Assembly (NCBI GenBank): GCA_029717555.1
Contig: JAMDHS010000037.1
Location: forward strand, 62,001 to 126,000
Reading direction: 5' to 3'
DNA: 64,000 nt
Origin: Peribolospora baueri
Taxonomy: Eukaryota
The notes under the pieces are model-generated. The model worked only from the letters and a program-made list of their open reading frames with translations, searched no databases and was not told where the DNA came from. Numbering within the stretch: the first letter of the stretch is position 1; every line of letters starts with the position of its first letter. A program made the translations under genes and the position numbers. Below are positions 63,801 through 64,000 of this stretch, in pieces.

Positions 63801-64000
63801 GCGTGAATGAGCTTCTGCTTGTCGCTAAGCTTCCTCTTTTTCTCGCTGTCCTGAGTCGGCAGAGGGCAGGGGTCGGCAAGAAGCTCGATGCTGGTGATGC
63901 TCATGTCTCCCGAGCCGGGGATGTGTACGCGCTGGGATGGTTTGAGGTTCGTACCGTGCAGATAGCCGTATAAAGTCACCTTCCTGTCGCACTTCGGCAT
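60858..64000 (-). CDS. BMS1: 40S ribosome biogenesis GTPase Bms1 (5' part outside the window), multi-exon
   Basis: Motifs [84 protein letters not shown] and FLRAWY. Confidence 0.96.

Overview
This is GC-rich, intron-containing fungal DNA. GT-AG introns with CTRAC-type branch points and the gene repertoire suggest a basidiomycete, probably a yeast-like one (inferred, not verified). The centrepiece is a compact, complete seven-gene quinate catabolism cluster at about 19.1-34.8 kb, equivalent to the Neurospora qa and Aspergillus qut clusters. It contains a Zn2Cys6 activator, an AROM-derived pseudoenzyme repressor, quinate/shikimate dehydrogenase, an inositol-monophosphatase-like QutG, a type II dehydroquinase, a quinate permease and dehydroshikimate dehydratase. 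The gene order and divergent pairing differ from Neurospora. Four of the five cluster promoter regions (all but the activator's) carry one copy of a shared 18-bp CGG-N12-CCG motif, consensus CGGNNSRACKTTYWKCCG, a candidate activator binding site. Flanking genes are TBCD (partial), a hypothetical protein, a possible Fic-domain relic, PA2G4/Ebp1, a PMC1-type Ca-ATPase, endonuclease V, a Skg3/Caf120-like PH protein, a Trs65-like protein, a TauD dioxygenase, a Ty1/copia relic, a membrane-anchored AA5_1 copper radical oxidase with a (GGGQY)n tail, a multiply frameshifted MFS transporter and BMS1 (partial). All family calls come from motifs recognised by eye and exon structures were inferred manually; no database searches were run.
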